Program-made: the position numbers and the translations under genes
Notes under the pieces: generated by a model
Database searches by the model: none
Told to the model about the DNA's origin: nothing
What the model saw: only the letters and a program-made list of their open reading frames with translations
NCBI RefSeq assembly: GCF_006351925.1
Contig: NZ_CP040924.1
Location: forward strand, 2,235,860 to 2,299,859
Direction: 5' to 3'
Length of the DNA: 64,000 nt
Source: Clostridium thermarum
GTDB taxonomy: Bacteria > Bacillota > Clostridia > Clostridiales > Clostridiaceae
Shown: positions 49,384 through 60,910 of the stretch, piece after piece
Layout of the letters: every line of letters begins with the position of its first letter
How positions within the stretch are numbered: position 1 is the first letter of the stretch

Positions 49384-49932
49384 TTAGTAGTAAACTCTAA
49401 CAAACTTTATTGAATAAATATCGCACATCAAATTGTCATCAGTTTGAGCCTCTCTCAGAACTATATAGCTTATACCTACGTCTAGCAATACACCCTCTCT
49501 ATCAATAAAAGAGTTAACACCTATCAGAAATTCCACTTTTACATATCTTCCTATCAAAGTTCTTAAGTGCCCTTGCATGTAATTAGTATCTAGATACACC
49601 GGTGCCCCGGGAGCTTCCGGAAAAGTTGCTCCAGGAACTATGGATGGCCCTTGGAACTGTTGTTGCATTTGTGTCTGCGCAGGCATTTCTACTGCCAATC
49701 CTTGAGGTGTCATCATAGTTCCTTGACCAGGTGCTTGCATCATTGGTATGTTCTGTTGGTTTATGTTGGCTTGTGTCTGCATCATAGGGTTTTGCATGGG
49801 TGTCATACCCATAGTACCCTGCATAGGCATAACCCCTTGCATCGGCATATATCCACCGCAAGCCCTAAAATCTGCAGGTTCCATTACTGGGCCTTGCCTA
49901 TACTGACATTCTTCACAAAAGTCTTCGTACAT
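49384..49932 (-). CDS. gerQ: spore coat protein GerQ-like (Met/Gln/Pro-rich N-terminus, conserved C-terminal domain)
   Basis: Low-complexity PMQGxMPMQGTMGMTPMQ repeats, then a conserved C-terminal block. It lies immediately downstream of a cwlJ-like gene, as in the B. subtilis cwlJ-gerQ operon. Confidence 0.55.
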   Translation of the reverse strand: MYEDFCEECQYRQGPVMEPADFRACGGYMPMQGVMPMQGTMGMTPMQNPMMQTQANINQQNIPMMQAPGQGTMMTPQGLAVEMPAQTQMQQQFQGPSIVPGATFPEAPGAPVYLDTNYMQGHLRTLIGRYVKVEFLIGVNSFIDREGVLLDVGISYIVLREAQTDDNLMCDIYSIKFVRVYY

Positions 49933-49960
49933 GAATATCCTCCTAAAAATTGATTAAATA

Positions 49961-50404
49961 CTAAGTTTGTGCATATAGTTCTGTTGGGTTGTAGAAGCAG
50001 TGCTGAACTACCCTTACTTGGAATCTTCCTGATCCATTATAGGGAAAAGTGTATGGACAATTAGGCCTAAAGGGATTAAAATACCAAAGGGATGCACCAA
50101 CATTAAATAGTCGATTTCCGGCCAAAGCCCAGTCGGCAATATTATAATGAATCTGTTCCGGAGGATTGGCCCATATGGTCTGTGGATTAGGTACTCCTCC
50201 CAGAACTGACCTCATGCAGTCAAATTGACCCTTTTGATAGATTATCTTTCTAATATCCCCTTGCCCAATTCTATGGTATTCACCATAGGATACACGAACT
50301 CTATTCATAATGCACGTAGCTACGGCCTTCATACCATTTTCACCTTCGCCACCTGCTTCACACCTGATAATTCTGGCGAACAACTCTCTATTTGAATAAG
50401 CCAC
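49961..50404 (-). CDS. cwlJ: spore cortex-lytic cell wall hydrolase, CwlJ/SleB catalytic-domain family
   Basis: Hydrolase_2 family block LFARIIRCEAGGEG..GMKAVATCIMNRV, about 147 aa. Confidence 0.8.
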   Translation of the reverse strand: MAYSNRELFARIIRCEAGGEGENGMKAVATCIMNRVRVSYGEYHRIGQGDIRKIIYQKGQFDCMRSVLGGVPNPQTIWANPPEQIHYNIADWALAGNRLFNVGASLWYFNPFRPNCPYTFPYNGSGRFQVRVVQHCFYNPTELYAQT

Positions 50405-50490
50405 TCATTTCACTCCTTATTCAGTGTACATTAATAGGATATTCACTTTCAGGAAAAATGTTACAGTTTTGTAGAACTAACCTCAAAATC

Positions 50491-51846
50491 TTACTTACCA
50501 GCAACGGAAAGCTTACTTATTAAAATGGATGCACTTCCATAGTAGCTTGAACCGGAAGGCAATATGAACTTAAGATCCTTACCCACTTCTTCTACGTCTT
50601 TTAATAGCTGATAAAAGTTTCCTGCCACAGTAATCTGCTCCACAGGCTTCACTATTTTCCCCCCTGAAACGCTGAATCCTTTCGCTGCGAGGGAAAAATC
50701 TCCAGTGATTGGGTTTGCCCCTGCATGGGTTCCTGCCAAGTCTGTTATAAGAAGCCCCTCTCCTAACTTATCTAAAAGTTCCTCAAAGCTATAGTCACCG
50801 GGTTTAAAGTAAAAATTAGTTGGTGCCACAGATATGGCTGAAGCATATGAGGGTCTTGATGCATTACCTGTAGTTTTTACTTTAGCAACCTCTGCAGTTT
50901 TCAAATTATGAAGTAAAGTTACTAAACTTCCCTTGTCTATCACAGCCTTTTCACTGGTAGCTACACCTTCACCATCAAAAGGTGTTGATGCCAAGCCATA
51001 CTCCATTAGTGGATTATCTATTAATGTTACTTTTTCTGATGCTACAATTGTACCTTCTTTATCCTTGAAGAGTGACAAGCCTTTTTGAGCATTATCTGCA
51101 CAGAATGCACCGGCAAATGTGTTTAAAAGTTCTGCAGCCACATCATTTCTAAGCACTACCTTATACTTACCGGAAGTTACAGAAGTTCCGCCAATACGTT
51201 TTTCAGCTTCTTTCACTGCTTCTGTAGCTAGAACCTCTGGGTTAATATCCTTGATGTCATATCCTATTACATAAGCCATTTCATTGTAAACTTTTTGTCC
51301 ATAACTAACCACCGGATTAATGCCTGCATAAATGAAATTACTTTTATGGGTGGCATTTACCCCGTAGGAATTGTATATGCCCCTTTCCTCTGTATAGCAG
51401 CCAAGACCGCAGTAACCTATATTGGTCACTTTTTCACTGGCAGCCTTGGCAGCCTCTTCAAGCTTCAAGGCAAGGTCTATTTTCTCTAAAGAAGTACTTC
51501 TCATTAGGCCTTCACTAAAGCTTTTAACTTCTTTGTAATTATCTACTTTGTTATATATGAACTCTTTTTCTTCATTTTCTATATTGGCAGCATTATAAAG
51601 CACGCTTTTAATTAGAAAATCAATACTCTCTTCATCTAACTTTGTAGTGTAGGCATAGCCCATCTTATCGGCTACAGAAGCTCGGAAACCAACCCCCATG
51701 ATTTCACTTACACTGTACTTATCCAATTCGTTATTGTATACATTAATGTTAAAGTTTTCGTTTTTACTGTAGAATATTTCATATTCCTTAAGACCGCTTT
51801 CTTCTGCCTTTGCAAATAACTTTTCCTTAAATTCTCTAATGTCCAT
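50491..51846 (-). CDS. pmbA: TldE/PmbA-family metalloprotease component
   Basis: 451 aa PmbA_TldD fold lacking HExxxH, adjacent to tldD. Confidence 0.8.
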   Translation of the reverse strand: MDIREFKEKLFAKAEESGLKEYEIFYSKNENFNINVYNNELDKYSVSEIMGVGFRASVADKMGYAYTTKLDEESIDFLIKSVLYNAANIENEEKEFIYNKVDNYKEVKSFSEGLMRSTSLEKIDLALKLEEAAKAASEKVTNIGYCGLGCYTEERGIYNSYGVNATHKSNFIYAGINPVVSYGQKVYNEMAYVIGYDIKDINPEVLATEAVKEAEKRIGGTSVTSGKYKVVLRNDVAAELLNTFAGAFCADNAQKGLSLFKDKEGTIVASEKVTLIDNPLMEYGLASTPFDGEGVATSEKAVIDKGSLVTLLHNLKTAEVAKVKTTGNASRPSYASAISVAPTNFYFKPGDYSFEELLDKLGEGLLITDLAGTHAGANPITGDFSLAAKGFSVSGGKIVKPVEQITVAGNFYQLLKDVEEVGKDLKFILPSGSSYYGSASILISKLSVAGK

Positions 51847-51847
51847 C

Positions 51848-53227
51848 TTACCTTCCCCCTACAGTAATTTCTGAAACTCTTATTAACGGCTGTCCAACGT
51901 TTGCCGGAATGCTGCCACTGGAGGATCCACACATTCCTTGGCCCTGAGCAAGCTTTTTACCTACCATATCGATCTTCATCAATATGTCAGCTCCCATACC
52001 AATAAGGCTTGCCCCTCTAACCGGCTCTTGGATTTTTCCATTCTTCACAAGATAGCCTTCAGCCACGGCAAAATTGAATTCACCGGTAACAGTATTAACG
52101 GAACCGCCACCCATTTTTTTCGCATATAAGCCTTCACTTATTGAAGCTATGATGTCTTCGTCATTGTCTTGTCCAGGTGCTATATAAGTATTGGTCATTC
52201 TTGAGGTGGGTGCATATCTATAGGACTCTCTTCTGCTGCTGCCCGTTGGTTGCATACCCATTCTTCTTCCATTTAACTTATCAATCATATAGCCTTTTAA
52301 AATTCCGTTTTCAATGAGCACATTTCTCCTTGTAAAGCTGCCCTCATCGTCAATATTAGCAGAACCCCATTGTCCTGGAAGTGTGCCGTCATCTATGGCT
52401 GTAACCTTATCTGAAGCTATCTTCTGGCCTAACTTTCCTGCAAATACTGAGTTCCCCTTAGCTACTGAAGTGGCTTCAAGTGCATGTCCACAAGCTTCAT
52501 GGAATATTACTCCTCCAAAGCCATTTTCGATAGCTACTGTCATTCTTCCTGCAGGACAGTTTCTTGCATGGAGCATGGTAACAGCTGATTTGCTAGCTTC
52601 CCTACCAAAGTATTCCGGATCTATACTTTGGAATATTTCGAAGCCCTGTGCTCTTCCGGGTGCCTCAGAACCGGTTTGGTTTTCAATTCCGTTTGAAGCT
52701 ATAGATCTTATGCTGAGTCTGGTTCTGACCCTTCTGTCTTCTGTGTATAACCCTTCTGAATTAGCTATGAGTATCTTTTGATCGGAATCAATGTAGGTTA
52801 CTATAACCTGGGAAATTTCGCTGCTGTAGTCCTTAGCTGATAGATAAGCCCTCTTCATAACCTCTATCTTTCTATTATTTGCAACGCTGGAAGGTACAAA
52901 TAGTATTGGATGGATATTAGTATTTATTCTCTCAGTGAGATTAACATCCATGCCCTCTTTCAAGTCTCCTAGGGCCTGGGCCGCCTTAGCAGCATTTTCT
53001 AACAGAGCCGCTCTGGAGCTGTCATTACAATACACATAAATACTTCTAAGTCCTTTGAATATTCTTATGCCTACTCCAAAATCTCTTCCGGAAACAATTT
53101 TCTCCATTTTTCCATCCATTAAATTTAAATTATTGGATATCTTATCTTCAGCAAAAACTTCAGCAAAGTCACCACCACTGCTTAGAGCCCTGCCTAATAC
53201 CTCTTTTACTATATCTTTTGATAACAT
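51848..53227 (-). CDS. tldD: TldD metalloprotease
   Basis: HEACGH zinc motif, GxC C-terminal motif; 459 aa. Confidence 0.85.
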   Translation of the reverse strand: MLSKDIVKEVLGRALSSGGDFAEVFAEDKISNNLNLMDGKMEKIVSGRDFGVGIRIFKGLRSIYVYCNDSSRAALLENAAKAAQALGDLKEGMDVNLTERINTNIHPILFVPSSVANNRKIEVMKRAYLSAKDYSSEISQVIVTYIDSDQKILIANSEGLYTEDRRVRTRLSIRSIASNGIENQTGSEAPGRAQGFEIFQSIDPEYFGREASKSAVTMLHARNCPAGRMTVAIENGFGGVIFHEACGHALEATSVAKGNSVFAGKLGQKIASDKVTAIDDGTLPGQWGSANIDDEGSFTRRNVLIENGILKGYMIDKLNGRRMGMQPTGSSRRESYRYAPTSRMTNTYIAPGQDNDEDIIASISEGLYAKKMGGGSVNTVTGEFNFAVAEGYLVKNGKIQEPVRGASLIGMGADILMKIDMVGKKLAQGQGMCGSSSGSIPANVGQPLIRVSEITVGGR

Positions 53228-53346
53228 ATATTTCCCCCTTATTCAAATAATAATTACTATTATATAATAGTTTGCACAATTTTATTATATCAATAACTTC
53301 CACAAAACACAAAAAGGCGAGATAATCCCGCCTTTTAAAACTTTGG

Positions 53347-54711
<1,365 letters not shown>

Positions 54712-54920
54712 TTATTTTCACAATTTATCATGTGAATTATATTATCATATTTACAATTATATACCTAAGATATTTATAGTTACAATGTTTTTTTGAAAAT
54801 TTGTTGAAAAATTCACATAAAAATCAAATCATTATTAAATATTTATCATTAATGTAATTTTTAACCATGAAACTCATATATTATTATCAATACTTAAATT
54901 TCTATATTATATTTTGGTGA

Positions 54921-56633
54921 ATTGAAAAGTTAACTTCCACTTTGTAGAATTAACTTCCACCGTAAAATCGATACTAGATAAGATTTTTGGTTATAAGAGT
55001 AATTTTTTGCTTATTTTAGACAAAAATGAGGTATAATTTAAGTAGCTCAAGCAGATTTCAGCTGATTTTGGGTATAGCAAACAAAGGGTGAATATTTTCC
55101 GTTTTTTTTGCAAAGGTAAATTCCACCCATTGAAAAAGTTTTAACTTAAGCGCCAGCGGTAATCCCTGCTTGAGTAGGTTAATATTTTAATAAACTCGGA
55201 TTCATGATAATCTCATTTGGTTTGATGAGTTCTGAATCCAACTTTGCGAGCGTTTTAGCGCCGTAAAGGAAGCTGAATACCGAGTATGGAGACTGGTCAT
55301 TCAGCTTTTTTCTTGAATAAGAATTAATGTGACTCATCATCAATGAGATATCCTTCTGTTGAAATGAGTTGAAGCTCTGGCCTTTAGGAACAATTCTCCG
55401 GATCAATTCATGGTTGTTTTCTGCAGCACCTTTCTGATATGGCGCTGAAGGGTCGCAGTAGAAGATGCGTGTTATGCGGTTTCCCTGCCTATCAAACTCG
55501 ATAGCCTTTGGATTTGTAAACTCACTGCCGTTGTCAGTTAGAATGACAGGAAATAGTTTTAGAAAAGTGTCAGGCCCCAGTTCCAAATAAAGATTTTCGA
55601 AAATATCTATGACGGAACGTGAAGTGTTTGCATCCCTAATAAAAGCAAGCATAAACTGAGAATCAACGAAATGGATAGTGAGCAACACCTTACCACCTTT
55701 AGTACCTTCAACAGAATCCATTTCAACTACTGGAGTATCAGGATTTTCCTTCATGAATTCAAGAAAATCCTGATATGTGCGTCCAATTCTGTAGGACTTA
55801 TCCACTTTAAAATGATTTTTAAGCTTTTTTCTTGGACGATAAACAACTTTTCTTGGAAGGTCAATATTTTTTGTGGAGAAAAGATTGTAATCAATATAGT
55901 TGTAGATTGATTTTTCACTATGCATGATAAGGTCTCTGTTATTAACGCAGATATGGTGTATAGATTGACCTCTTTGAATGAGTGGGGTTATGATTTTATC
56001 AAGACGTTTAATCTCGTCCTCAGAAATAGTTATGCCGCTTCGTGACTCAGAACGACGAAGTACATATTCATCATGGGCATAGGAAGCATTATAGATTGCT
56101 TTCTCCAGAGTACATTTTGTAAGGCTAGCACATCCATTGCACACATAAGGTGGCTTAGAGAGTAAGTGACAAGTATATGCTTTGTAATCAGAACAGAATT
56201 TTGAACAATCTGAACAAAAGCGACAGCGTCGAATTCTACAATGTGATTTCTCACATAGATATGTATGGTTGCAAGTTAAACGATGAATACAGTTGTTAAA
56301 AGGTCTACCGTAAGAACCTGTTCGCTTGTACATGATATGATTTTTAACCTCTTTGGAAATGGTTGTACAATCTCGATCAAGCTCTCGGGCTATTGCTTTG
56401 AAAGAAAGGGAGGCTTTAAGCATTATTTCAATAGAGACTCTTTCCTCTAACGTAAAGTGTTTGAATTTAGCCATAATGAAAAACTCCTTCCTTACCAAGC
56501 AAGGATTACTGTAATGACGCATATATCAATATAATAATATTTTGTATTACTAAATTCCACTCTCTATACTCTTTCATATTTGTAGAATTAAAATCCACTC
56601 TTACCACCTAGAGAGGTGGAATTTACTTTTGCA
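54921..56633 (-). mobile_element. IS30-family insertion sequence (about 1.7 kb) with imperfect terminal IRs and repeated subterminal motifs
   Basis: Left end ATTGAAAAGTTAACTTCCAC vs reverse-complement of right end TTGCAAAAGTAAATTCCACC (about 14/18 identity); an internal TTTGTAGAATTAA(C/A)(T/A)TCCAC copy at each end; intact transposase between. Confidence 0.7.
55179..56474 (-). CDS. IS30-family transposase (HTH plus DDE)
   Basis: Start MAKFKHFTLEER (AAGGAG RBS), N-terminal HTH, DDE triad in ...TIHFVDS.., LTDNGSEF, ..QKGAAENNHELIRR; the ORF-track N-terminal extension is spurious. Confidence 0.85.
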   Translation of the reverse strand: MAKFKHFTLEERVSIEIMLKASLSFKAIARELDRDCTTISKEVKNHIMYKRTGSYGRPFNNCIHRLTCNHTYLCEKSHCRIRRCRFCSDCSKFCSDYKAYTCHLLSKPPYVCNGCASLTKCTLEKAIYNASYAHDEYVLRRSESRSGITISEDEIKRLDKIITPLIQRGQSIHHICVNNRDLIMHSEKSIYNYIDYNLFSTKNIDLPRKVVYRPRKKLKNHFKVDKSYRIGRTYQDFLEFMKENPDTPVVEMDSVEGTKGGKVLLTIHFVDSQFMLAFIRDANTSRSVIDIFENLYLELGPDTFLKLFPVILTDNGSEFTNPKAIEFDRQGNRITRIFYCDPSAPYQKGAAENNHELIRRIVPKGQSFNSFQQKDISLMMSHINSYSRKKLNDQSPYSVFSFLYGAKTLAKLDSELIKPNEIIMNPSLLKY

Positions 56634-56688
56634 ATTAAAGTATATTATATTTTTCACCAAAAAAATAAAAAATATTTTAAAAACATAT

Positions 56689-56717
56689 TGACTATAAAAC
56701 ATATAGGATATATAATC
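56689..56717 (+). promoter_or_regulatory. sigma-A-type promoter for the SAM riboswitch/metNIQ
   Basis: TTGACT -17 nt- TATAAT, about 30 nt upstream of the aptamer. Confidence 0.45.
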
Positions 56718-56745
56718 AATATCATTAAAACTGAAAACTCAATAA

Positions 56746-56890
56746 CTCTTATCAAGAGAGGCAGAGGGACAGGCCCTATGAAGCCCGGCAACCGGTAGAT
56801 TTACACGGTGCCAATTCCTGCAGCGAAAGCTGACAGATAAGGATAGTTCGGTATCTAACCCGGGGTTATCCTCGGGTTATTAATTTATAT
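56746..56890 (+). ncRNA. S-box (SAM-I) riboswitch with terminator
   Basis: CUCUUAUCAAGAGAGGCAGAGGGACAGGCCCUAUGAAGCCCGGCAACC...GGUGCCAAUUCCUGCAGCG is near-identical to the SAM-I consensus; followed by AACCCGG...CTCGGGTT hairpin plus U-rich tract. Confidence 0.9.
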
Positions 56891-56917
56891 AGTTGAATAC
56901 TATCTAGGAGGATCACC

Positions 56918-57874
56918 ATGATTGAAATAAAGAATCTCTATAAGCGTTTTTCAAATAAAGAAGTTTTGAAGGATGTCAGCTTTTCAATAGAAAAAGGAGA
57001 TATCTTTGGTATAGTTGGACACAGCGGTGCCGGAAAATCTACTCTGCTAAGATGTCTTAATGGTCTTGAAAGTTACACAGAGGGAAGTATAGCTATTGAT
57101 GGTAAAGAGGTGAAAAATCTGACAAGCAATGAACTGAGAAACCTAAGAAAAGACCTGGGCATGATATTTCAGAATTTTAACCTTATGACCAGCAAAAATG
57201 TTTTCCAGAACATAGCCTTACCCATGGAGCTTTGGGGCTACAACAAAAATACTATCCAGCAGAAAGTAGATGAATTATTGACTCTGGTTGGTCTGGAAGA
57301 TAAAAAAACTTGGAGCATAACAAAACTCAGTGGTGGACAGAAGCAAAGAGTTGGAATTGCAAGAGCCTTGGCTCTTAACCCCAAAATTCTGCTTTGTGAT
57401 GAAGCTACTTCTGCTCTGGATCCAAAGACAACTAAATCTATATTACAGCTGCTTAGAGAGATAAATAATAAGTTAAACATAACAATAGTAATTGTCACTC
57501 ACCAAATGGAAGTAATTAAAGAAATCTGTAACAAGGTTGTTCTGATGGAGGATGGTGAAATCAAAGGCTATGGTGATGTAGAAGAACTGTTCCTCAAACC
57601 AACGGAAGAACTGGAGAGACTCCTGGGTGAAGAAGAGCTGCTTCCAAGCAAGGGTATCAACATAAAGCTGTTCTTCTCTAAGGAGTCAAGCGAAAACAGT
57701 ATTATAACTTCTATGGCCAGAGAACTTGATATTGACTTTTCAATAGTATGGGGCAAGCTAGAAAAATTCAGAGATGATGTCTTAGGCAGCCTTGTAATAA
57801 ATGTGGAAGAGGCTCACAAGGACAAGATAGTGCAATATCTGAAAGATAAAGGCATAGGAATGGAGGTTCTGTAA
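56918..57874 (+). CDS. metN: methionine ABC transporter ATP-binding protein (with C-terminal NIL domain)
   Basis: Walker A GHSGAGKST, signature LSGGQKQR, Walker B LLCDEATSALD. Confidence 0.9.
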   Translation: MIEIKNLYKRFSNKEVLKDVSFSIEKGDIFGIVGHSGAGKSTLLRCLNGLESYTEGSIAIDGKEVKNLTSNELRNLRKDLGMIFQNFNLMTSKNVFQNIALPMELWGYNKNTIQQKVDELLTLVGLEDKKTWSITKLSGGQKQRVGIARALALNPKILLCDEATSALDPKTTKSILQLLREINNKLNITIVIVTHQMEVIKEICNKVVLMEDGEIKGYGDVEELFLKPTEELERLLGEEELLPSKGINIKLFFSKESSENSIITSMARELDIDFSIVWGKLEKFRDDVLGSLVINVEEAHKDKIVQYLKDKGIGMEVL

Positions 57875-58572
57875 TGCATCTGAATAGTTTACTTTTAAAA
57901 TTAGAAAATATGCTAAGTGCTTTTTTAGATACTTTTGTTCAAATTTTGTATCCTGCCCTTATTGAAACCTTAAAAATGGTGTTGCTCTCAACGCTTTTTG
58001 CAGTAATTCTCGGAGCTATACCTGCTATTATTTTAGTATTAACCGATGAGAAAGGTTTAAAACCTAATAAATTTATATTCAAAACCTTAGATGTTATTAT
58101 TAACACCCTAAGATCCTTTCCCTTCATTATACTAATGGTTTTTATGGTGCCTTTAACCAGACTCATAGTTGGAACTGCTATAGGTACTGATGCAGCTATT
58201 GTTCCCCTTACCATAGGTGCTGCTCCTTTTGCTGCAAGAGTCATGGAATCTGCTTTGAAAGAAGTGGATTATGGAATAATTGAAGCAGCCAAATCATTTG
58301 GAGCGACTACTTCACAAATAATTTTTAAAGTTATGTTGAAGGAAGCTATTCCATCATTAGTGCTGGGTATAACCCTGACAGTTATAAGTGTTATAGGTTA
58401 TTCCGCCATGGCCGGTGCTGTTGGAGGCGGCGGACTTGGTAATGTTGCCATAACATATGGTTATTACCGTTTTAAATATGACCTGACAATATATACGGTA
58501 ATAATACTGATAATAATTGTTCAAGTTTTCCAGACTTTGGGCAACTTTTTATATAAAATATTAAAAAAATAA
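57874..58572 (+). CDS. metI: methionine ABC transporter permease
   Basis: ATGA overlap with the metN stop; 5 TM, EAA-like loop. Confidence 0.85.
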   Translation: MHLNSLLLKLENMLSAFLDTFVQILYPALIETLKMVLLSTLFAVILGAIPAIILVLTDEKGLKPNKFIFKTLDVIINTLRSFPFIILMVFMVPLTRLIVGTAIGTDAAIVPLTIGAAPFAARVMESALKEVDYGIIEAAKSFGATTSQIIFKVMLKEAIPSLVLGITLTVISVIGYSAMAGAVGGGGLGNVAITYGYYRFKYDLTIYTVIILIIIVQVFQTLGNFLYKILKK

Positions 58573-58601
58573 AGTTCATTAATTTAAAGGAGGCTATTTT
58601 T

Positions 58602-59456
58602 ATGAAAAAGATTTTATCACTTGTAACAGCAGCAGTTCTTTTGCTTTCATTTGGGGGATGCACAAAGAAAAATACAACCGCAGGAGATACTACAAATAAG
58701 AATGAAGTAACTTCTGGCACAGAAACCGGTAAATCTGATGATAAAAAGGAAATAATCGTAGGAGCCACACCGGTACCTCATAAGGAAATTCTTGAAATTG
58801 TAAAGCCTATTCTTGAAAAAGAAGGTTATACACTTACAATAAAAGAATTTACTGACTATGTACTGCCTAATACAGAATTAAATGAAGGCAGCCTTGACGC
58901 CAACTTCTTCCAGCATGTACCTTATCTTGAAGCAACAAATGCAGAGAAAGGAACAGACTTGACCTATACTGTTAAAGTTCACCTGGAACCTATGGGACTT
59001 TATTCAAAGAAGATTAAGAGCCTTGATGAGCTTAAGGATGGTGCTACAATATCCATACCAAACGACAGTACAAACGGAGCAAGAGCATTAAGGCTCTTAG
59101 AGAAGAATGGCATAATAAAGCTTAAGGATGGCGAGCTGGTTACAAAGCTTGATATAATTGAAAACCCAAAGAACATAAAGATAGAAGAATTAGAGGCTCC
59201 AATGCTTCCAACAACCCTAGCAGATGTAGACGCTTCTATAATTAACTCAAACTTCGCTATGGAAAACGGCTTAAATCCAACAACAGATTCTATAGTTATC
59301 GAAGATAAGGAATCACCTTATGCTAACGTACTTGCTGTAAAGAAAGGTAATGAAGATAAACCTTATATACAGGCTCTTTCAAAGGCACTAACTTCAGAAG
59401 AAGTTAAGAAGTTTATTGAAGAAAAGTATGAAGGAGCAATTGTTCCCTCCTTCTAA
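58602..59456 (+). CDS. metQ: methionine-binding lipoprotein (NLPA/MetQ family)
   Basis: Lipobox LLSFGGC, then Thr/Gly-rich linker and MetQ fold. Confidence 0.85.
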   Translation: MKKILSLVTAAVLLLSFGGCTKKNTTAGDTTNKNEVTSGTETGKSDDKKEIIVGATPVPHKEILEIVKPILEKEGYTLTIKEFTDYVLPNTELNEGSLDANFFQHVPYLEATNAEKGTDLTYTVKVHLEPMGLYSKKIKSLDELKDGATISIPNDSTNGARALRLLEKNGIIKLKDGELVTKLDIIENPKNIKIEELEAPMLPTTLADVDASIINSNFAMENGLNPTTDSIVIEDKESPYANVLAVKKGNEDKPYIQALSKALTSEEVKKFIEEKYEGAIVPSF

Positions 59457-59490
59457 TAATTAATAATGGATAATTAACAATTAAGGAAGA

Positions 59491-59526
59491 GATCCTGTGT
59501 TGGGTATTTTTTTCAACACAGGATCT
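59491..59526. terminator. bidirectional terminator after metQ
   Basis: GATCCTGTGTTG-GGTATTTTTTT-CAACACAGGATC. Confidence 0.6.
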
Positions 59527-59535
59527 TAAGGCATG

Positions 59536-59865
59536 CTAATTTTTATCAGATTCATCAGTGGTGGTGTTATTCTTTATAAACTTTGTGTTTTTGCTCATAT
59601 TGCCTGCACTGGACAGGAGGTCGTGTATGAAGTTTGCTCCTCTGCTGATTAATAGGCCGGTTAAAATTGTACCTAAATAGGGTATAAATATCGGTATTTC
59701 TACAAGCTCCATAATATCTATTCCCGTAGATATGGCTATTAGAATCCCAATAACCATTGCACCAATTCTGTCAGCAGATAACTTACCATTCTGCCAGGTC
59801 ATCTTAAAGGTTTCCCAAACTGCCTCACTGATCATCGCAAGTATCAGAATTTTGGTAATGTTCAT
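59536..59865 (-). CDS. small two-to-three-TM membrane protein with polar C-terminal tail (holin-like topology)
   Basis: 109 aa, GGGGAGAG RBS; hydrophobic helices then charged Asn/Thr/Asp/Lys tail; no adjacent endolysin. Confidence 0.4.
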   Translation of the reverse strand: MNITKILILAMISEAVWETFKMTWQNGKLSADRIGAMVIGILIAISTGIDIMELVEIPIFIPYLGTILTGLLISRGANFIHDLLSSAGNMSKNTKFIKNNTTTDESDKN

Positions 59866-59982
59866 AGACTTCTCTCCCCAAATTAATTATTGCAGCAGAC
59901 TCTTATGTTAAAATATATGCTGAAAAAAACATAATTAAATCAACAATATGAAATTTTCTAAGCTTTTTCCTTCATTTTAATA

Positions 59983-60016
59983 AAAAAGACCCGAAAGTAA
60001 TTTCGGATCTTTTTTA
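59983..60016. terminator. bidirectional terminator after korB
   Basis: AGACCCGAAA-GTAA-TTTCGGATCT flanked by A-run and T-run. Confidence 0.55.
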
Positions 60017-60046
60017 TAATTGCTTTTATATTTTACTTTTTAATTA

Positions 60047-60910
60047 TTATACAAACTCATTAAGGAACATATCTACGTTTTTAACTTCCCATTTTCTATC
60101 TGCAAGAAGTTGCCCCTTTGCTAATACTGGATGCAGATCTTCAAATACCGGCTTTCCTAGTTCTCTATACAATACCCCTGTAGGTATTCCGTCATCACCG
60201 AACTGAAGTGCTTTTTCAAAAGCCCTTGCCTTATCTGATGCATCATAGCTTTCATCCAGCTTATAAATTCTCTCCTTATACCACTTGAAAGTGTTTACCT
60301 TATTAAAAGTTACACAGGGCTGAAGTATATCAATTATAGCATAGCCTCTGTGATTTATTGCCTCTTTTAACAGTTCTACAAGCTGTTCTCTGTCTCCTGT
60401 AAAGGTTCTGGCTACAAAGGTTGCTCCTGCAGCTATAGCTAAAGCAAGAGGGTTTAGCGGCTGCTGCATAACTCCTTCAAACTGCATAGAGGTCTTTTGT
60501 CCAAAAGCAGTTGTAGGTGAACCTTGACCTTTTGTTAAACCGTAAATTTGATTGTCATGAACTATCTGTGTAATATCCATATTTCTTCTTATTGTATGGA
60601 TAAAGTGATTTCCACCTTCACCATAGGCATCTCCATCACCGCTGGTTACTATAACTTTAAGATTTTTATTAACCATCTTTATACCTTGAGCCGGTGGCAG
60701 TGCTCTTCCATGAAGGCCATTAAAGCCGTTAGCCCGAATATAATGAGGTGTTTTAGCGGCCTGGCCTATACCGGATACTATCATTAAATCCTCCGGTCTT
60801 ATCTCCAGTTCAGCTGCCGCTCTTTTTATGGCATCCAATATAGCAAAATTACCACAACCAGGGCACCATGCAATTTCATCCTTGCTATTATATAATTTCA
60901 AATCCAACAT
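60047..60910 (-). CDS. korB: 2-oxoacid:ferredoxin oxidoreductase beta subunit (ThDP-binding)
   Basis: CPGCG N-terminal motif, GDGD ThDP/Mg site. Confidence 0.85.
   Translation of the reverse strand: MLDLKLYNSKDEIAWCPGCGNFAILDAIKRAAAELEIRPEDLMIVSGIGQAAKTPHYIRANGFNGLHGRALPPAQGIKMVNKNLKVIVTSGDGDAYGEGGNHFIHTIRRNMDITQIVHDNQIYGLTKGQGSPTTAFGQKTSMQFEGVMQQPLNPLALAIAAGATFVARTFTGDREQLVELLKEAINHRGYAIIDILQPCVTFNKVNTFKWYKERIYKLDESYDASDKARAFEKALQFGDDGIPTGVLYRELGKPVFEDLHPVLAKGQLLADRKWEVKNVDMFLNEFV

Noticed and set aside
49583-49953. Two overlapping ORFs (His/Tyr/Arg-rich) opposite and within the gerQ-like gene
   Set aside because: They are alternative frames of the Met/Gln/Pro low-complexity repeat region and are not independent genes.
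56604-56619. Palindrome CCACCTAGAGAGGTGG considered as a separate terminator
   Set aside because: It coincides with the IS right terminal repeat and lacks a U-tract, so it is more likely part of the IS end architecture.
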